64,000 nt of DNA, taken from assembly GCA_977017575.1 (NCBI GenBank), contig CDRNVI010000053.1, positions 806,001 to 870,000 of the forward strand, in the 5' to 3' direction. Numbering within the stretch: position 1 is the stretch's first letter; each line of letters begins with the position of its first letter. The position numbers and the translations under genes were made by a program. The notes beneath the pieces were generated by a model that was given only the letters and a program-made list of their open reading frames with translations, was not told the origin of the DNA and ran no database searches. Below, one piece after another: positions 1-10,442 of this stretch. This stretch comes from Paramoeba atlantica. Its lineage: Eukaryota > Protista > Discosea.

Positions 1-447
1 GAAGTTAAAAAAACATACAGGCGTTTAGCTGCGTTCGTACACCCTGACAAATGCACCGACTCTAGAGCCCACGAAGCCTTTTCAAAAATTGAAAAAGCGG
101 CCAAGATATTGATGGACGAGGGCACACTTTCTCGCATTCGAGACCAAATACGAAGAAAACGGTTGCGAGAGGAAGAGCTCGGAGATTTTGATCCTTCTAT
201 GCGAAATAAATCTTCAGGCACAAGATCCGCGTCAGTGTCGGATGCTCTCGAGCAGGCTAAGCAAAGGCAGGAGACAGAGACCTACAAACGCATGCTTCGT
301 GAGCAGCGTGAGCGTGCAGAACACAAAAGAAATTTGAGTCAAAGAAAACAGGAGGACAAAGTTCTCAATGAACAACTTGGCAAAAATCTACGGAATTGGA
401 AATCTCATCAGCACAAGCACTCAATTCACAGGTCTGGGTTTCTTTGA
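1..447 (+). CDS. J-domain (DnaJ/Hsp40, DNAJC8-like) protein, 5'-truncated by window edge
   Basis: Frame 1 is open from base 1: EVKKTYRRLAAFVHPDKC...AFSKIEKAAKILMD (HPD motif, helix III), then a charged coiled coil; stop at 447. Confidence 0.85.
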   Translation, partial: EVKKTYRRLAAFVHPDKCTDSRAHEAFSKIEKAAKILMDEGTLSRIRDQIRRKRLREEELGDFDPSMRNKSSGTRSASVSDALEQAKQRQETETYKRMLREQRERAEHKRNLSQRKQEDKVLNEQLGKNLRNWKSHQHKHSIHRSGFL

Positions 448-601
448 TACGGTTGCTTACGCTCAATGCACGATTAGGTTAATAAAAAATGGGTTGAAAA
501 TAATTAAATTTGAAACTCACATCAAGGTGGAGCAAAAGAAAATATTTATTGACACTTAATTAGCTTTGCTTTTTTTGCTCAAGAAATTATTCTCGGAGTG
601 C

Positions 602-1246
602 ATGCCCCGCTTTTATTCTTCTCCGAATATTTTGGCTCCACACATTCGTCCTCGTAGAGCTTTTACTCTTCCCGTTATGCATACTATAGAGAAGCCATAC
701 TGGCAAAAAATCAAAGATTCTTTGGATGAGCATCATGACAGCAACTGTGCACTTTGTAAGGTAGGCTTCTTTCCCTTTTATTACTACGACGTTTTCGATT
801 TTTGCGCACCAGAAAAGGGAAAGGGCGGTTTACACGGACAACAAATTCTTCGCAAAATTTTGCCCGTTTGTTTTGATTGTCTCACTGTGTGTAACTTAGG
901 GTATGGTCCCGATACGTACCAACCACGTTTGCCTAGCGCAGTTGATCTTCACCTACAAATTGACCGCTACCTTGATCACATTAGGAAGTTTCGCGGGATT
1001 TCTGAAACAGAAGCCATGGAAGAGCTTGAAAAGACACGTGGGATTCAGGAAGACTTTTCTGACGTCGAGAAATGGGAGTACAGTGTGACGGAAGAGTTTG
1101 AACCTGTGTTGCGGAAAGGTTTGTCTACGCGCACTAGCAAAAACTACAAAGAGTCGATTCTCTCCTGTTTACTGCGGGGCGATATTAAATGCCTCAAACA
1201 GACTCATAAATTTGATAACTATTTTGCTTCACGTCCTTGGTGGTAA
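602..1246 (+). CDS. Zn-binding HNH-like protein lacking catalytic histidines
   Basis: 214-aa ORF from ATG 602 with W-x15-CALC, ILPVCFDC and a C-terminal W motif, spaced like recalled phage/bacterial HNH proteins. Confidence 0.55.
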   Translation: MPRFYSSPNILAPHIRPRRAFTLPVMHTIEKPYWQKIKDSLDEHHDSNCALCKVGFFPFYYYDVFDFCAPEKGKGGLHGQQILRKILPVCFDCLTVCNLGYGPDTYQPRLPSAVDLHLQIDRYLDHIRKFRGISETEAMEELEKTRGIQEDFSDVEKWEYSVTEEFEPVLRKGLSTRTSKNYKESILSCLLRGDIKCLKQTHKFDNYFASRPWW

Positions 1247-1653
1247 TTGAAAATTTGGCATCATGTTTGAAAATATTTCCGATCAAAATTGCATGGTAAG
1301 TTTGATCTTCACACATGTACTTATTTATTTCGCCCTTTTATAAGTGCTTCTGTTTTGTGTGAACTATATCTTATTTGAACTACCTGCTCAATATTTCCAT
1401 TGTAGAATTCCTTTTCAAGATCTATTCGAAGCCATAAGATGTTGGACTTGCTTAAAATGTCACTTGTATGGGTCGAAATGAAATGCATGATTCTTAGATC
1501 TTCCCAATAACCTTTGTTCAATTTCGAATTAGCTCTTGAATGCGCATTTTTTTCTTTTCTTGATTATCATCACACCTGATCACATACGATCTTCCCCTAC
1601 ATTTTTTCAAAGCTCTTTTTTCTTTTCTTCACCACACTCGTACTTTCTCTCCC

Positions 1654-2313
1654 ATGGGTCGCCGTCCCTTCCGCTGCTACCGTATGCAAAAGAACAAGCC
1701 CTACCCCAAGAGCCGTTTCTGTCGTGGTGTCCCGGATGCCAAGCTTCGTATTTATGATATTGGCAAACGTCGAGCTGGGGTTGAGGAGTTCTCCCACACC
1801 GTCCACATCGTATCCATGGAGAAGGAGCAAATCAGCAGCGAGGCACTCGAGGCTGCGCGTATCCAGTGCAACAAGCACTTGGTGAAGACCGCTGGCAAGG
1901 ACGGGTTCCATATTCGCATCCGTGTCCACCCCTTCCATGTGCTTCGCATTAACAAGATGTTGTCCTGTGCCGGGGCAGATCGCCTGCAGCAAGGCATGCG
2001 AAAGTCCTATGGAAAGCCCATCGGGACTGCCGCCCGGGTGTCGATTGGACAAGTGCTGTTCTCCGTTCGTACAAAGCCGCAGAATGTTGTACATGCCGTG
2101 GAGGCGTGTCGCCGTGCTAAGTTTAAGTTCCCGGGGCGCCAAGTGGTGTGCACCTCCCAGTTCTGGGGGTTCACGAAAGTACCGCGAGAGGAGTTTGAGA
2201 ACGCGATGCGAAACAAGGAGGTCGTCCCGTGTGGCTCTCACGTGACGGTGGTTCGCGCGAAAGGAACGCTGAATGCGCAAAATGTGTTCGCAAAGACGGA
2301 AAGTGTGTGCTAA
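1654..2313 (+). CDS. RPL10: 60S ribosomal protein L10 (uL16)
   Basis: [10 protein letters not shown]...[54 protein letters not shown]. Confidence 0.99.
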   Translation: MGRRPFRCYRMQKNKPYPKSRFCRGVPDAKLRIYDIGKRRAGVEEFSHTVHIVSMEKEQISSEALEAARIQCNKHLVKTAGKDGFHIRIRVHPFHVLRINKMLSCAGADRLQQGMRKSYGKPIGTAARVSIGQVLFSVRTKPQNVVHAVEACRRAKFKFPGRQVVCTSQFWGFTKVPREEFENAMRNKEVVPCGSHVTVVRAKGTLNAQNVFAKTESVC

Positions 2314-2677
2314 AAAGTATCTAGCGTTTCGGAGTGGCGAAGTTCGAAGTTAGAAAGGGAAATGGGACTATCGGGAAAGTATGATTTCAGAGTACAAAAT
2401 ATGTCGTGTAGACAACTTGCGTAGCAACGTGAAGTAATATTTTCAGAATATACACATGATAGTGTTTTGAAATGCTAGTTTAAATATCGTGGTTTTACAT
2501 TCTTGTGAACTTACATGATTTAGTGTGGAATGTACTAACTCTTTACTAACGTTGAGAAACTGTTTTTTAGATACTTTATTTTTTAACCATTTTCTCGTTT
2601 CGAGGTCCCCTTCCCGGCGTCCTTCTGCGCTCTTCCGCGCCCGTAACCAACACTCCTACCGCTCGCTTACACAATCG

Positions 2678-2707
2678 ATTCTTTCCCTTTTTTCTCCCCA
2701 GACGCAG
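2678..2707 (+). promoter_or_regulatory. Polypyrimidine tract plus AG, putative trans-splice acceptor for FRD
   Basis: ttctttcccttttttctccccag acgcag lies 10-16 nt upstream of ATG 2718, matching kinetoplastid SL-addition site architecture (inference). Confidence 0.5.
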
Positions 2708-2717
2708 TTCTTCGACA

Positions 2718-5700
2718 ATGATTCACGCCGTAAGTAGCGCCAGCGTCTTGGAAAGAGATCCGGCTCAGTTAGCGCTTGCTCGCACTGCCCTAGCAAAGGC
2801 TCAGCTTGAGGAATCGAACCAATGCTCTCCGTCTCTGGAGCGCGCAGGGTACTCAACGCAGATTTTTCGAGGAGTGGAATTTGGTATGCGTTACGTATTG
2901 AAAGTAATTTGTGAAGCAAAATTTCGTGAACAACTTCAGAATGTCTTGGATGAGGGCATATCATTGACAGATCTTGTTTTAAACCGCTTCAACGTAAACA
3001 GCGAGGTTGCCGCTATTAACAACTTGCCCGCGGAAGGTTCTCATAAGTACTCTGCGCATATGGGTCAAGCACTAGTTGTTGCTCATCGTGTAGGAAAAGC
3101 GTCTTCTGGGGTTTTTGACATCGGGTGTGGGCCTGCTATTCAAAGACTGCGGGAATTTGTGGAGGAGCATCGCCGCTTGCCTTTGGAAGATCAGGAATGG
3201 TCCAAAATCCGTGAAACCGTCCGATACGCTTCTTTTTCTGAAGGATTTTCCGTTGACACCGCACAGGGTATCATCTTTAAAAAGCACGCCGAGGCTTCTT
3301 TGGATTTCGGAGCTCTTTCCAAAGGTTTTTGTGTAGATTACGTAATTGAAAAATTGATGGATCTTGGTTTCGTCAACAGCTTGTTTGAATGGGGAGGTGA
3401 AGTGCGAGCGTGTGGTCGTGGACCATGCGGAACTCCGTGGCGGGTAGGAATATTGCGACCTCCATCTATAGAAGAGATTTCTACAGCTAAGGATAAAAAC
3501 GAATCGGACGAAAAGAGCTACATTTCTATTTGCGAGCTTTTCGATGAAGCGCTTGCCACTTCTGGGGACTATGAAGGATTTCTTCCGAGATCAAAAATCA
3601 CCACCTCTTTCGATCCTAAAGCATTTACTTTTCTAACGCCCACGGAGCACGACATTTCACTTGTTACAGTGAAATCAACAAGTGCTATGTTTGCGGACGC
3701 TGCGGCTACTTCAGCCTTGTTGCTTGGCAAGCTATCGCAGGCTAGGCAGTTTCTCCATACCCAAGTACCCTCTTTCCCTATGCGGGACTACCTGATGTAT
3801 CTTCGAGATGGAGAGCGTCTCATTCGCAAGGGTGATGCTGGCATAGAGACTGTGGAGCTTCGAAAGCAACGACTGGAACATGTCTTGCCTAGCAAAGTGA
3901 TCGTAGTAGGCGGAGGTCTGGCAGGTCTGTCGGCCGCAATTGAGGCAGCACATTGCGGTGCAGCCGTCACATTGCTCGAAAAGACTTCCCAAGCGGGAGG
4001 AAACAGTGCAAAAGCCACCAGCGGGATCAATGGTTGGGGCACTGAACCGCAATCCGCCTTGCATATCGAAGACAGTGCGCAGCTATTTGAGCAGGACACT
4101 ATACGTTCTGCTAAGGGTGGTCTGAATGATGAGGGACTGACCAAAATGCTTTCCATCAAAAGCTCTGAAGCGATTCACTGGCTGATGAAGCAGTTCCATC
4201 TTCCTCTGCATATCCTTTCGCAGCTTGGCGGGCACAGCGTTCCCCGTACGCACCGCGTTGCTGATCAGAGCGATGGAACTCCGGTTCCCGTTGGGTACAC
4301 TATCATGCAGGCTTTAATTCGATACGCTCAGGAGGAACTTTCGACGCGTCTTGCAATTGTTTGTAACACTCACGTAACGTCTCTTATTACGGAGACCGTG
4401 GAATGCGAAAATTCAAATGAAACGTACACAGAAGTTAAGGGCGTTCGTTGTCAGTGCGAAGATGGAGTACGTGAAATAAGAGCAGACTCTGTCGTTCTAA
4501 CTACTGGCGGTTTCGGTTGCGATCATACTTCCAGTTCATTGCTCGAGGAGCATGCTCCTCACCTCACGAAAACGGCAACCACCAATGGTGATTTTACAAC
4601 AGGTGACGGTATGAAACTTGCTAAAGCGATCGGAGCATCACTCGTTGACATGGACAAAGTACAACTACATCCGACCGCCTTCGTTGATCCGAAAGATCCT
4701 TCTCATCCAACAAAATTTTTGGGGCCTGAGGCTCTCCGTGGCTCTGGTGGCATTTTGCTCAATACTCAAGGGAAACGCTTTGTGAATGAGTTGGATCTCC
4801 GTAGTAAAGTTACTCAGGCGATCCAAAGTCAAGGTGACATTTATCCCAGTTCATCATGCCATTACGCATATTGTGTTCTCAATGCAGCGGCTATTAAGAA
4901 ATTCGGGCCTGCGCAGCTGGGCTTTTACAAAAATGAAAAGGGATTCTTTCAGGATGCTGAAGATGTGTGCCAGATCAGTAAAATCATCGGATGCCCCGAA
5001 GAAACAGTACGACAAACACTTTTGGATTATGCTCATGCATGCAAGGAAGGAATATGCTCCTTGACACAAAAACGGGCCTTTCCCGTGTTGGTCGATGATG
5101 TGGGCCCTTACGTCGTGGGTGTTATTACTCCTGCTATTCACTATTGCATGGGAGGTATTCAATTCACTCCATCATGTGAGGTACAATCCACTGAGGTGAC
5201 CAGAACAGCCAACTTGAAGTCTTCTACAAAATCGATTCTTCGATTATTCGCAGCTGGGGAAGTCACCGGTGGTCTTCACGGAGGAAATCGACTGGGTGGA
5301 AATTCTCTTTTGGAATGCGTTGTCTATGGGCGTATCGCCGGTGATCGAGCCGCCGCCGTCTCACAGCGTTCCTTCCGTGGCCTCACTTCCGAGTGGCATC
5401 CCGTTGTGCTACGAGAGAGATATGAAGGTACGGAGTACGGCAAAGGCTCCGTTGTGCTTCGCTTTAATCTTCCAAGTTCTGTCCAAACTTCTGGCTTGGA
5501 GATTGGACAATTTGTTGAAATACAAGGTGAATGGAATGGGCAGGAGCTTCTTGGATATTACAGTCCAATTTCTCTTCCTAAGGAGCGAGGAGTAATTGGT
5601 CTCTTAGCGCGAACCGACAAGGGCACCTTAAGTGAGTGGGTAAATGCTCTGCACCCGGGGACTACGGTTCTCATGCGACGGAGCGGTGGACCAAAGCTTC

Positions 5701-6170
5701 ATTGTGATCCACAAGTACCTGCACTCCTATACAACAAGAAGGCTTTGCGAAGTGTTTGTATGATTGCGGGAGGAACTGGAGTTGCTCCAATGCTACAGTT
5801 AGCTCTTGCCGTGCTACGACCACCATTTTCCAGCACATTGGAGAGCCTCACACTGATTTATGCTGCCGAGACCGTCGCTGAACTCTCTTTTGCTGAGTAC
5901 TTGCGCTCTCTTGCGGAAAAGCATGCGAATTTTAAAGTGTACTTTGTCGTTCGCAACGCTCCTCCTGGGTGGACTCAGGGTGTAGGTGTAGTGGACAAAA
6001 GTATTTTAGCATCTCAGTGTCCGAAACCAGACGAGAAACTATTGGTTCTCCTTTGTGGCCCCCCAATTATGCAGCGTATCATATGGAAGAATCTTGTACA
6101 AGATGGTTACTCCGCTGATTCAATTGCTTTTGTGGATGGTACAGAGAAAGAAATGCTGGGAGATAAATAA
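2718..6170 (+). CDS. FRD: NADH-dependent fumarate reductase (ApbE + FAD-binding + cytochrome b5 reductase-like fusion)
   Basis: ApbE motifs (LDFGALSKG, ATSGDY, ADAAAT), GGGLAGLSAA, GGNSAKATSGING, QLHPT, EALRG, HYCMGG, LHGGNRLGGNSL, AGGTGVAPM and LCGPP. Confidence 0.97.
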   Translation: MIHAVSSASVLERDPAQLALARTALAKAQLEESNQCSPSLERAGYSTQIFRGVEFGMRYVLKVICEAKFREQLQNVLDEGISLTDLVLNRFNVNSEVAAINNLPAEGSHKYSAHMGQALVVAHRVGKASSGVFDIGCGPAIQRLREFVEEHRRLPLEDQEWSKIRETVRYASFSEGFSVDTAQGIIFKKHAEASLDFGALSKGFCVDYVIEKLMDLGFVNSLFEWGGEVRACGRGPCGTPWRVGILRPPSIEEISTAKDKNESDEKSYISICELFDEALATSGDYEGFLPRSKITTSFDPKAFTFLTPTEHDISLVTVKSTSAMFADAAATSALLLGKLSQARQFLHTQVPSFPMRDYLMYLRDGERLIRKGDAGIETVELRKQRLEHVLPSKVIVVGGGLAGLSAAIEAAHCGAAVTLLEKTSQAGGNSAKATSGINGWGTEPQSALHIEDSAQLFEQDTIRSAKGGLNDEGLTKMLSIKSSEAIHWLMKQFHLPLHILSQLGGHSVPRTHRVADQSDGTPVPVGYTIMQALIRYAQEELSTRLAIVCNTHVTSLITETVECENSNETYTEVKGVRCQCEDGVREIRADSVVLTTGGFGCDHTSSSLLEEHAPHLTKTATTNGDFTTGDGMKLAKAIGASLVDMDKVQLHPTAFVDPKDPSHPTKFLGPEALRGSGGILLNTQGKRFVNELDLRSKVTQAIQSQGDIYPSSSCHYAYCVLNAAAIKKFGPAQLGFYKNEKGFFQDAEDVCQISKIIGCPEETVRQTLLDYAHACKEGICSLTQKRAFPVLVDDVGPYVVGVITPAIHYCMGGIQFTPSCEVQSTEVTRTANLKSSTKSILRLFAAGEVTGGLHGGNRLGGNSLLECVVYGRIAGDRAAAVSQRSFRGLTSEWHPVVLRERYEGTEYGKGSVVLRFNLPSSVQTSGLEIGQFVEIQGEWNGQELLGYYSPISLPKERGVIGLLARTDKGTLSEWVNALHPGTTVLMRRSGGPKLHCDPQVPALLYNKKALRSVCMIAGGTGVAPMLQLALAVLRPPFSSTLESLTLIYAAETVAELSFAEYLRSLAEKHANFKVYFVVRNAPPGWTQGVGVVDKSILASQCPKPDEKLLVLLCGPPIMQRIIWKNLVQDGYSADSIAFVDGTEKEMLGDK

Positions 6171-6617
6171 TTTGCATCCTTATTTTTCTTTCATATTTTA
6201 ACTCGGGCGTCGTTCGTTTGCTATTTTCTTGGGATCTTACTTGGCTACTCGGTAGCCAGGTTTACTCAGTAACTAAGTACTGCATTAAAGATAAACTAGA
6301 TTTATCCTTGAAGACTTTTTGGGCTACTGCTATTTGGATGCTTCCGTCGAGGGGGCTTTTTCATGGGATGCGATACATTTTCTTGTGTTCATAAGAAAAT
6401 ATCCTGTGCTAACGGCGAATTGAATTTGTTTTTGTTCCAATTTCCAGTTTTTGCAATATGGCCCATATTGCATTATGGGCCATAATGGGCCATAGAGGAT
6501 AATGCAGCATTTGTTTTTGCGTTTTTTTCAAAATTATTCTAGCGCTTAAACGTTTTTTGTACGTTGTATTTTCTTTCAATTCGCTTTTCTTTTTTAGTGG
6601 CCTTCTTTTACATCTAC

Positions 6618-9437
6618 ATGGATCATGTACGTAGACGGCGGCAACGCAAACAGAGGATTTTCACTCCTGAACAATATCAAGAGCATGATCACTATATTGG
6701 TCTTGCCAATCAAGCGTACTTGCTGAGCGATTATTCACAATGTATTGCTTGTGCTCGTCGAGCCATTCAACACATTCCTAGTGCGAGTGCCTTTGAGTTA
6801 TTGCATAGCGTCTACAGAGAAAAGGGGGCCATTGAAAAATCTATGGAGTACCGCTTACTACAGGCCCACATTGACCATCGAAATGCCGAGTTATGGGAAG
6901 AATTACTTGAGTATTATCGCGGACAACCGAATGGTGCTGTAAATTATGAGTTGCATATTATTTACGTATTGGGACGACTTCTACCTCTTACAAGTGATCC
7001 AGACCAAGTTCTTAATATTGGACTATATCGGGCGAGTATGCTAACCCGAGCAGGCGAGGGTACTCGTGCTCAAACTCAATATGAGCAAATATTGCGAACA
7101 TATCCCTATCACGTAGAAGCTTACACAGAACTTGCCAATTTATACTACCATTTGGGAAATGCGCCAAAAGCCATCGCACACCTTACAAAGTATATCGAAC
7201 GTGAGATATCTCCGGAGGAAATTCCTCACATGCTGTATGCCGCTGGTATTCGTTCTGAGATTCAAACTGAGAGTGGACGTCTCTCTGACACAGTGAATGA
7301 TATTCTTCAGGTAGTTACTTACCATCGTTTAATATTAGAAGAAACACCTGCGCTTTACACAAAGTACTTAGTGGCACATACAATGCTTGCTAGCGACAAA
7401 CCTCGAGAGCACGAAACTTTATTGCAAAGATGCTTATCTAGTACATCACCTGAAGTAATGTTGGATCACTATGATCTTCTATATGACACAGCCAATGCCT
7501 TGCTTCGATTCGATCATCCTCATCTTTCAGAAATCTTACTTAAAGCACTTAGTGAAATTCCTTCTTTTGATAAGCTTCCAGAGGCTTCTCGCACTGCCCT
7601 ATATTTTTCTTTAGCTCGTTGTGCATCAGCTTTGAGTGACTCTTCCGGCATGGTAGAATTTCTTAGGCGTGTTTTGGAAAGTTCTCCCACTCACGTGGAA
7701 TCTCATTTAATGCTGGCGCAACATTACTTTTCAATTGGTGGAGGCTTGGACACGGTACTCTCTCACCTAAAGGAGTACGACGGCACAGATCCTGTACTTT
7801 CTCTTCGATTAGCTTATCATCGGGCAATATTTTTTTTACATCAGGACACGCGTGGTGTTCTACTTCCATCCGAGAGACGCCTACTGGCTCGAACTGACTT
7901 ACTCCGAATCATACAAGCTTCGCTCCGTGATCCACCCGTACACAGCTTAGTACTAGATAAGCGAAAGCGTACACGGATGGGGCAAGCAACTTCTGCTTCA
8001 GTGTATCCTTCTTCCACCATGACTATGACACAAATCGTCGATCGTGCTGGGGGTATACGAGGCGATGCTCCGTCCAGTGTGGCATCTACTTTTCATTGGG
8101 AAAGCCGACCGTTCGATCGCCCTGCTGGTGGAAAGTCACAACGTTATGACACCGCCTCGGTGCGTTCAAGTATGCCTCAATCTAATCTAGATGAGCCAAA
8201 TCATTCACTTTTTCGTTTTAATCGAAAGCAAAAGTGTACGTTCACTTCTACATCTCAGAGTACAGAGCGAAATAGACCAATGATTTCAGGTGAAGGTTCA
8301 GAAGCTAAAGCAGTTACTTCAGTTCCCGAAAAATCACGTACGGATGTTGCAAATTTGGAGGACTTAGAAGTTTTTGAGGAAATGGCAATTTTAGATAGTG
8401 TGATTGAGGATATACAACACCAAAGTGCATCTTTTGAAAGTGATCACTCTTCGAAAGCTGACCAAAATCAGGCCAACTCTGACGATTTACCGAATGAAAT
8501 AGAAGATCTGAATATTTCAAATTTGCCCCCAGCCGCATCAATAACAATTTTAAACTGGACGGACGTCAAAATTGCGCTTCCCTCAGAATCCGATTTTTTT
8601 GAAGCAATTTTTATGCTCGTTGCAACTTTTGATAACACTTCGGATCATCTATACTGGTTGACTTCTGTACAAGCAGCTCACCGATTGAAGAGCGTACAGC
8701 ACCGCGAAAATCTTTTAATGACTATTTTTCACGTAGCAATGCAAGCTGGGCATGACGGAATTGCCATGCAGCAAATCACACAACTTTTGCGCAATTCGTA
8801 CAAAGGAGTGATCTTGTGGAACAAACTCTCTGATTTATTTACCCGACTCCGTCATACTTCAGCCGTGAATGCTTTTCGCCGAATTGCCGGAAGAACTCCT
8901 AATACGTCAAATTCATTTCCCATTCAAATGTTATTGGGGCATACTTATGCGGCAGATGCCTCAATGAATCAGGTTGCACGAAGTGCAATACGCTATTATG
9001 GTGCTTTTTCTGTGTGTCCAAATGATTCACTCGCGCCATTATGCTTAGCGTTCGCCTATGCCAGATGGTGTCGTAGTCGCGCCTCTGATTTAAGGCATCG
9101 AAACGAAATGTGGCTATTAAGTTGGGGCTTTGCTGCTCGGCATCGTATCAACCGTGAAAAAGAAGCCAAAGATTTTGGGTGGCTGGAAGGAACGTATAAC
9201 ATGGCGAGAATCTCAGACTACGTGGGTCTTCAATACCTAGCATGCAAACTTTATCAAGAGGTATTGAATTCAACAAGAACGCGTTATGGAGCACGACACT
9301 ACTCTATCCCAAAGGATGATGAACGATCCTATCAAACACTGTTACGCTGTTCTGCTTTTAATTTACACGTTATTTATCGGCAAAGTGGCAATTTTGATCT
9401 TGCGCACGCAGTGCTTTGTAGATATATCGTTCTGTAA
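6618..9437 (+). CDS. TFC4: TFIIIC TPR subunit (Tfc4/tau131/GTF3C3-like)
   Basis: N-terminal TPRs (IGLANQAYLLSDY...), further TPRs, and C-terminal EGTYNMARISDYVGLQYLA...AFNLHVIYRQSGNFDLA matching the GTF3C3 C-terminus. Confidence 0.8.
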   Translation: MDHVRRRRQRKQRIFTPEQYQEHDHYIGLANQAYLLSDYSQCIACARRAIQHIPSASAFELLHSVYREKGAIEKSMEYRLLQAHIDHRNAELWEELLEYYRGQPNGAVNYELHIIYVLGRLLPLTSDPDQVLNIGLYRASMLTRAGEGTRAQTQYEQILRTYPYHVEAYTELANLYYHLGNAPKAIAHLTKYIEREISPEEIPHMLYAAGIRSEIQTESGRLSDTVNDILQVVTYHRLILEETPALYTKYLVAHTMLASDKPREHETLLQRCLSSTSPEVMLDHYDLLYDTANALLRFDHPHLSEILLKALSEIPSFDKLPEASRTALYFSLARCASALSDSSGMVEFLRRVLESSPTHVESHLMLAQHYFSIGGGLDTVLSHLKEYDGTDPVLSLRLAYHRAIFFLHQDTRGVLLPSERRLLARTDLLRIIQASLRDPPVHSLVLDKRKRTRMGQATSASVYPSSTMTMTQIVDRAGGIRGDAPSSVASTFHWESRPFDRPAGGKSQRYDTASVRSSMPQSNLDEPNHSLFRFNRKQKCTFTSTSQSTERNRPMISGEGSEAKAVTSVPEKSRTDVANLEDLEVFEEMAILDSVIEDIQHQSASFESDHSSKADQNQANSDDLPNEIEDLNISNLPPAASITILNWTDVKIALPSESDFFEAIFMLVATFDNTSDHLYWLTSVQAAHRLKSVQHRENLLMTIFHVAMQAGHDGIAMQQITQLLRNSYKGVILWNKLSDLFTRLRHTSAVNAFRRIAGRTPNTSNSFPIQMLLGHTYAADASMNQVARSAIRYYGAFSVCPNDSLAPLCLAFAYARWCRSRASDLRHRNEMWLLSWGFAARHRINREKEAKDFGWLEGTYNMARISDYVGLQYLACKLYQEVLNSTRTRYGARHYSIPKDDERSYQTLLRCSAFNLHVIYRQSGNFDLAHAVLCRYIVL

Positions 9438-9701
9438 GACCGTAAAGTAACACATTTAAACGCTTCTTGTACTATATTCTTTTTCAACACTTGAATTCTC
9501 GCCTCATATCCCTATCACGCCCTGTAGGTCAGCTTTGATTCTTAACTTTGGAAGGTATGCTATCGAATGTACTACATTGGAGGGTATATTATTTTACGTT
9601 GTTTCTTAAACTATCCGGCACTTTACTTACGGAATCCTAACACTCTAATTACAAACAACATAGTTCTTTTTGACATCATCTCCAAGCCTTTCTCTTACTT
9701 C

Positions 9702-10442
9702 ATGCTTTTCTCCGAGACTCCCCCTTTTCCTTCTCACCCTCACCCACCCTCCACCGGCTCTACCTCCCTGCCACGAACCGTCCCCACTCAACATGAATGG
9801 TCTCCCTACGAGGACAACGGAGGCAGTGTCATTGCCATCGGAGGCCCGGGCTTTGTTGTGGTCGGGGCCGACACCCGACTCAGCGAGGGGTACACGATCT
9901 TCACCCGGGAGGACGACAGCAAGGTGACCGTACTCACCCCCCAGTGCCTGCTCGCCTCCACCGGGATGCAAGCCGACCGCGTCGCCCTCAGCCACACCCT
10001 CCGGGAGAACCTCCAGTGGTACCGTTTCAACCACCGCCAGGTCGCGGGCACGCGAGCGATCTCGCAAATGCTCTCGAACCAGCTCTACTACCGCCGGTTC
10101 TTCCCGCTGTACACGTTTAACGTGCTGGCGGGGCTGGACGAGCACGGGGACGGGGTGTGCTTCTCCTACGACGCCGTAGGGTGTACCGAGCCGCTGCGGT
10201 ACGGATCCACGGGCTCCGGACATACTTTGATTGAGCCGTTGTTGGATAATCAAATCCGACGGGCGCATCAGGGTAATGGGGGGGAGGGGGAGATGACGGT
10301 GGATCAGGCGGTGGGTCTGATCAAGGAAGCGTTTACCGGGGCATGTGAGCGGGATATTTACTGTGGAGATTACGTGAATGTGTATGTCTTGACCAAGGAA
10401 GGTGGGTTGTCAACGCAGAGAGTGGATTTGCGTAAAGATTAA
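9702..10442 (+). CDS. PSMB1: 20S proteasome subunit beta type-1 (beta6)
   Basis: WSPYEDNGGSVIAI...ADTRLSEGY, LYYRRFFPLYTFN, SYDAVG, ERDIYCGD, LRKD. Confidence 0.97.
   Translation: MLFSETPPFPSHPHPPSTGSTSLPRTVPTQHEWSPYEDNGGSVIAIGGPGFVVVGADTRLSEGYTIFTREDDSKVTVLTPQCLLASTGMQADRVALSHTLRENLQWYRFNHRQVAGTRAISQMLSNQLYYRRFFPLYTFNVLAGLDEHGDGVCFSYDAVGCTEPLRYGSTGSGHTLIEPLLDNQIRRAHQGNGGEGEMTVDQAVGLIKEAFTGACERDIYCGDYVNVYVLTKEGGLSTQRVDLRKD

Noticed and set aside
1597-2280. 227-aa minus-strand ORF
   Set aside because: Antisense shadow of highly conserved RPL10; GC-rich codons reduce stops on the opposite strand.
9450-9480. cttcttgtactatattc resembling the SL-RNA exon end (TTTCTGTACTATATTG)
   Set aside because: Only a partial match; no AACTAA 5' end and no GT splice donor context.
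9645-10268. 207-aa minus-strand ORF and overlapping alternative-frame ORFs
   Set aside because: Shadows of PSMB1 caused by the local GC island.
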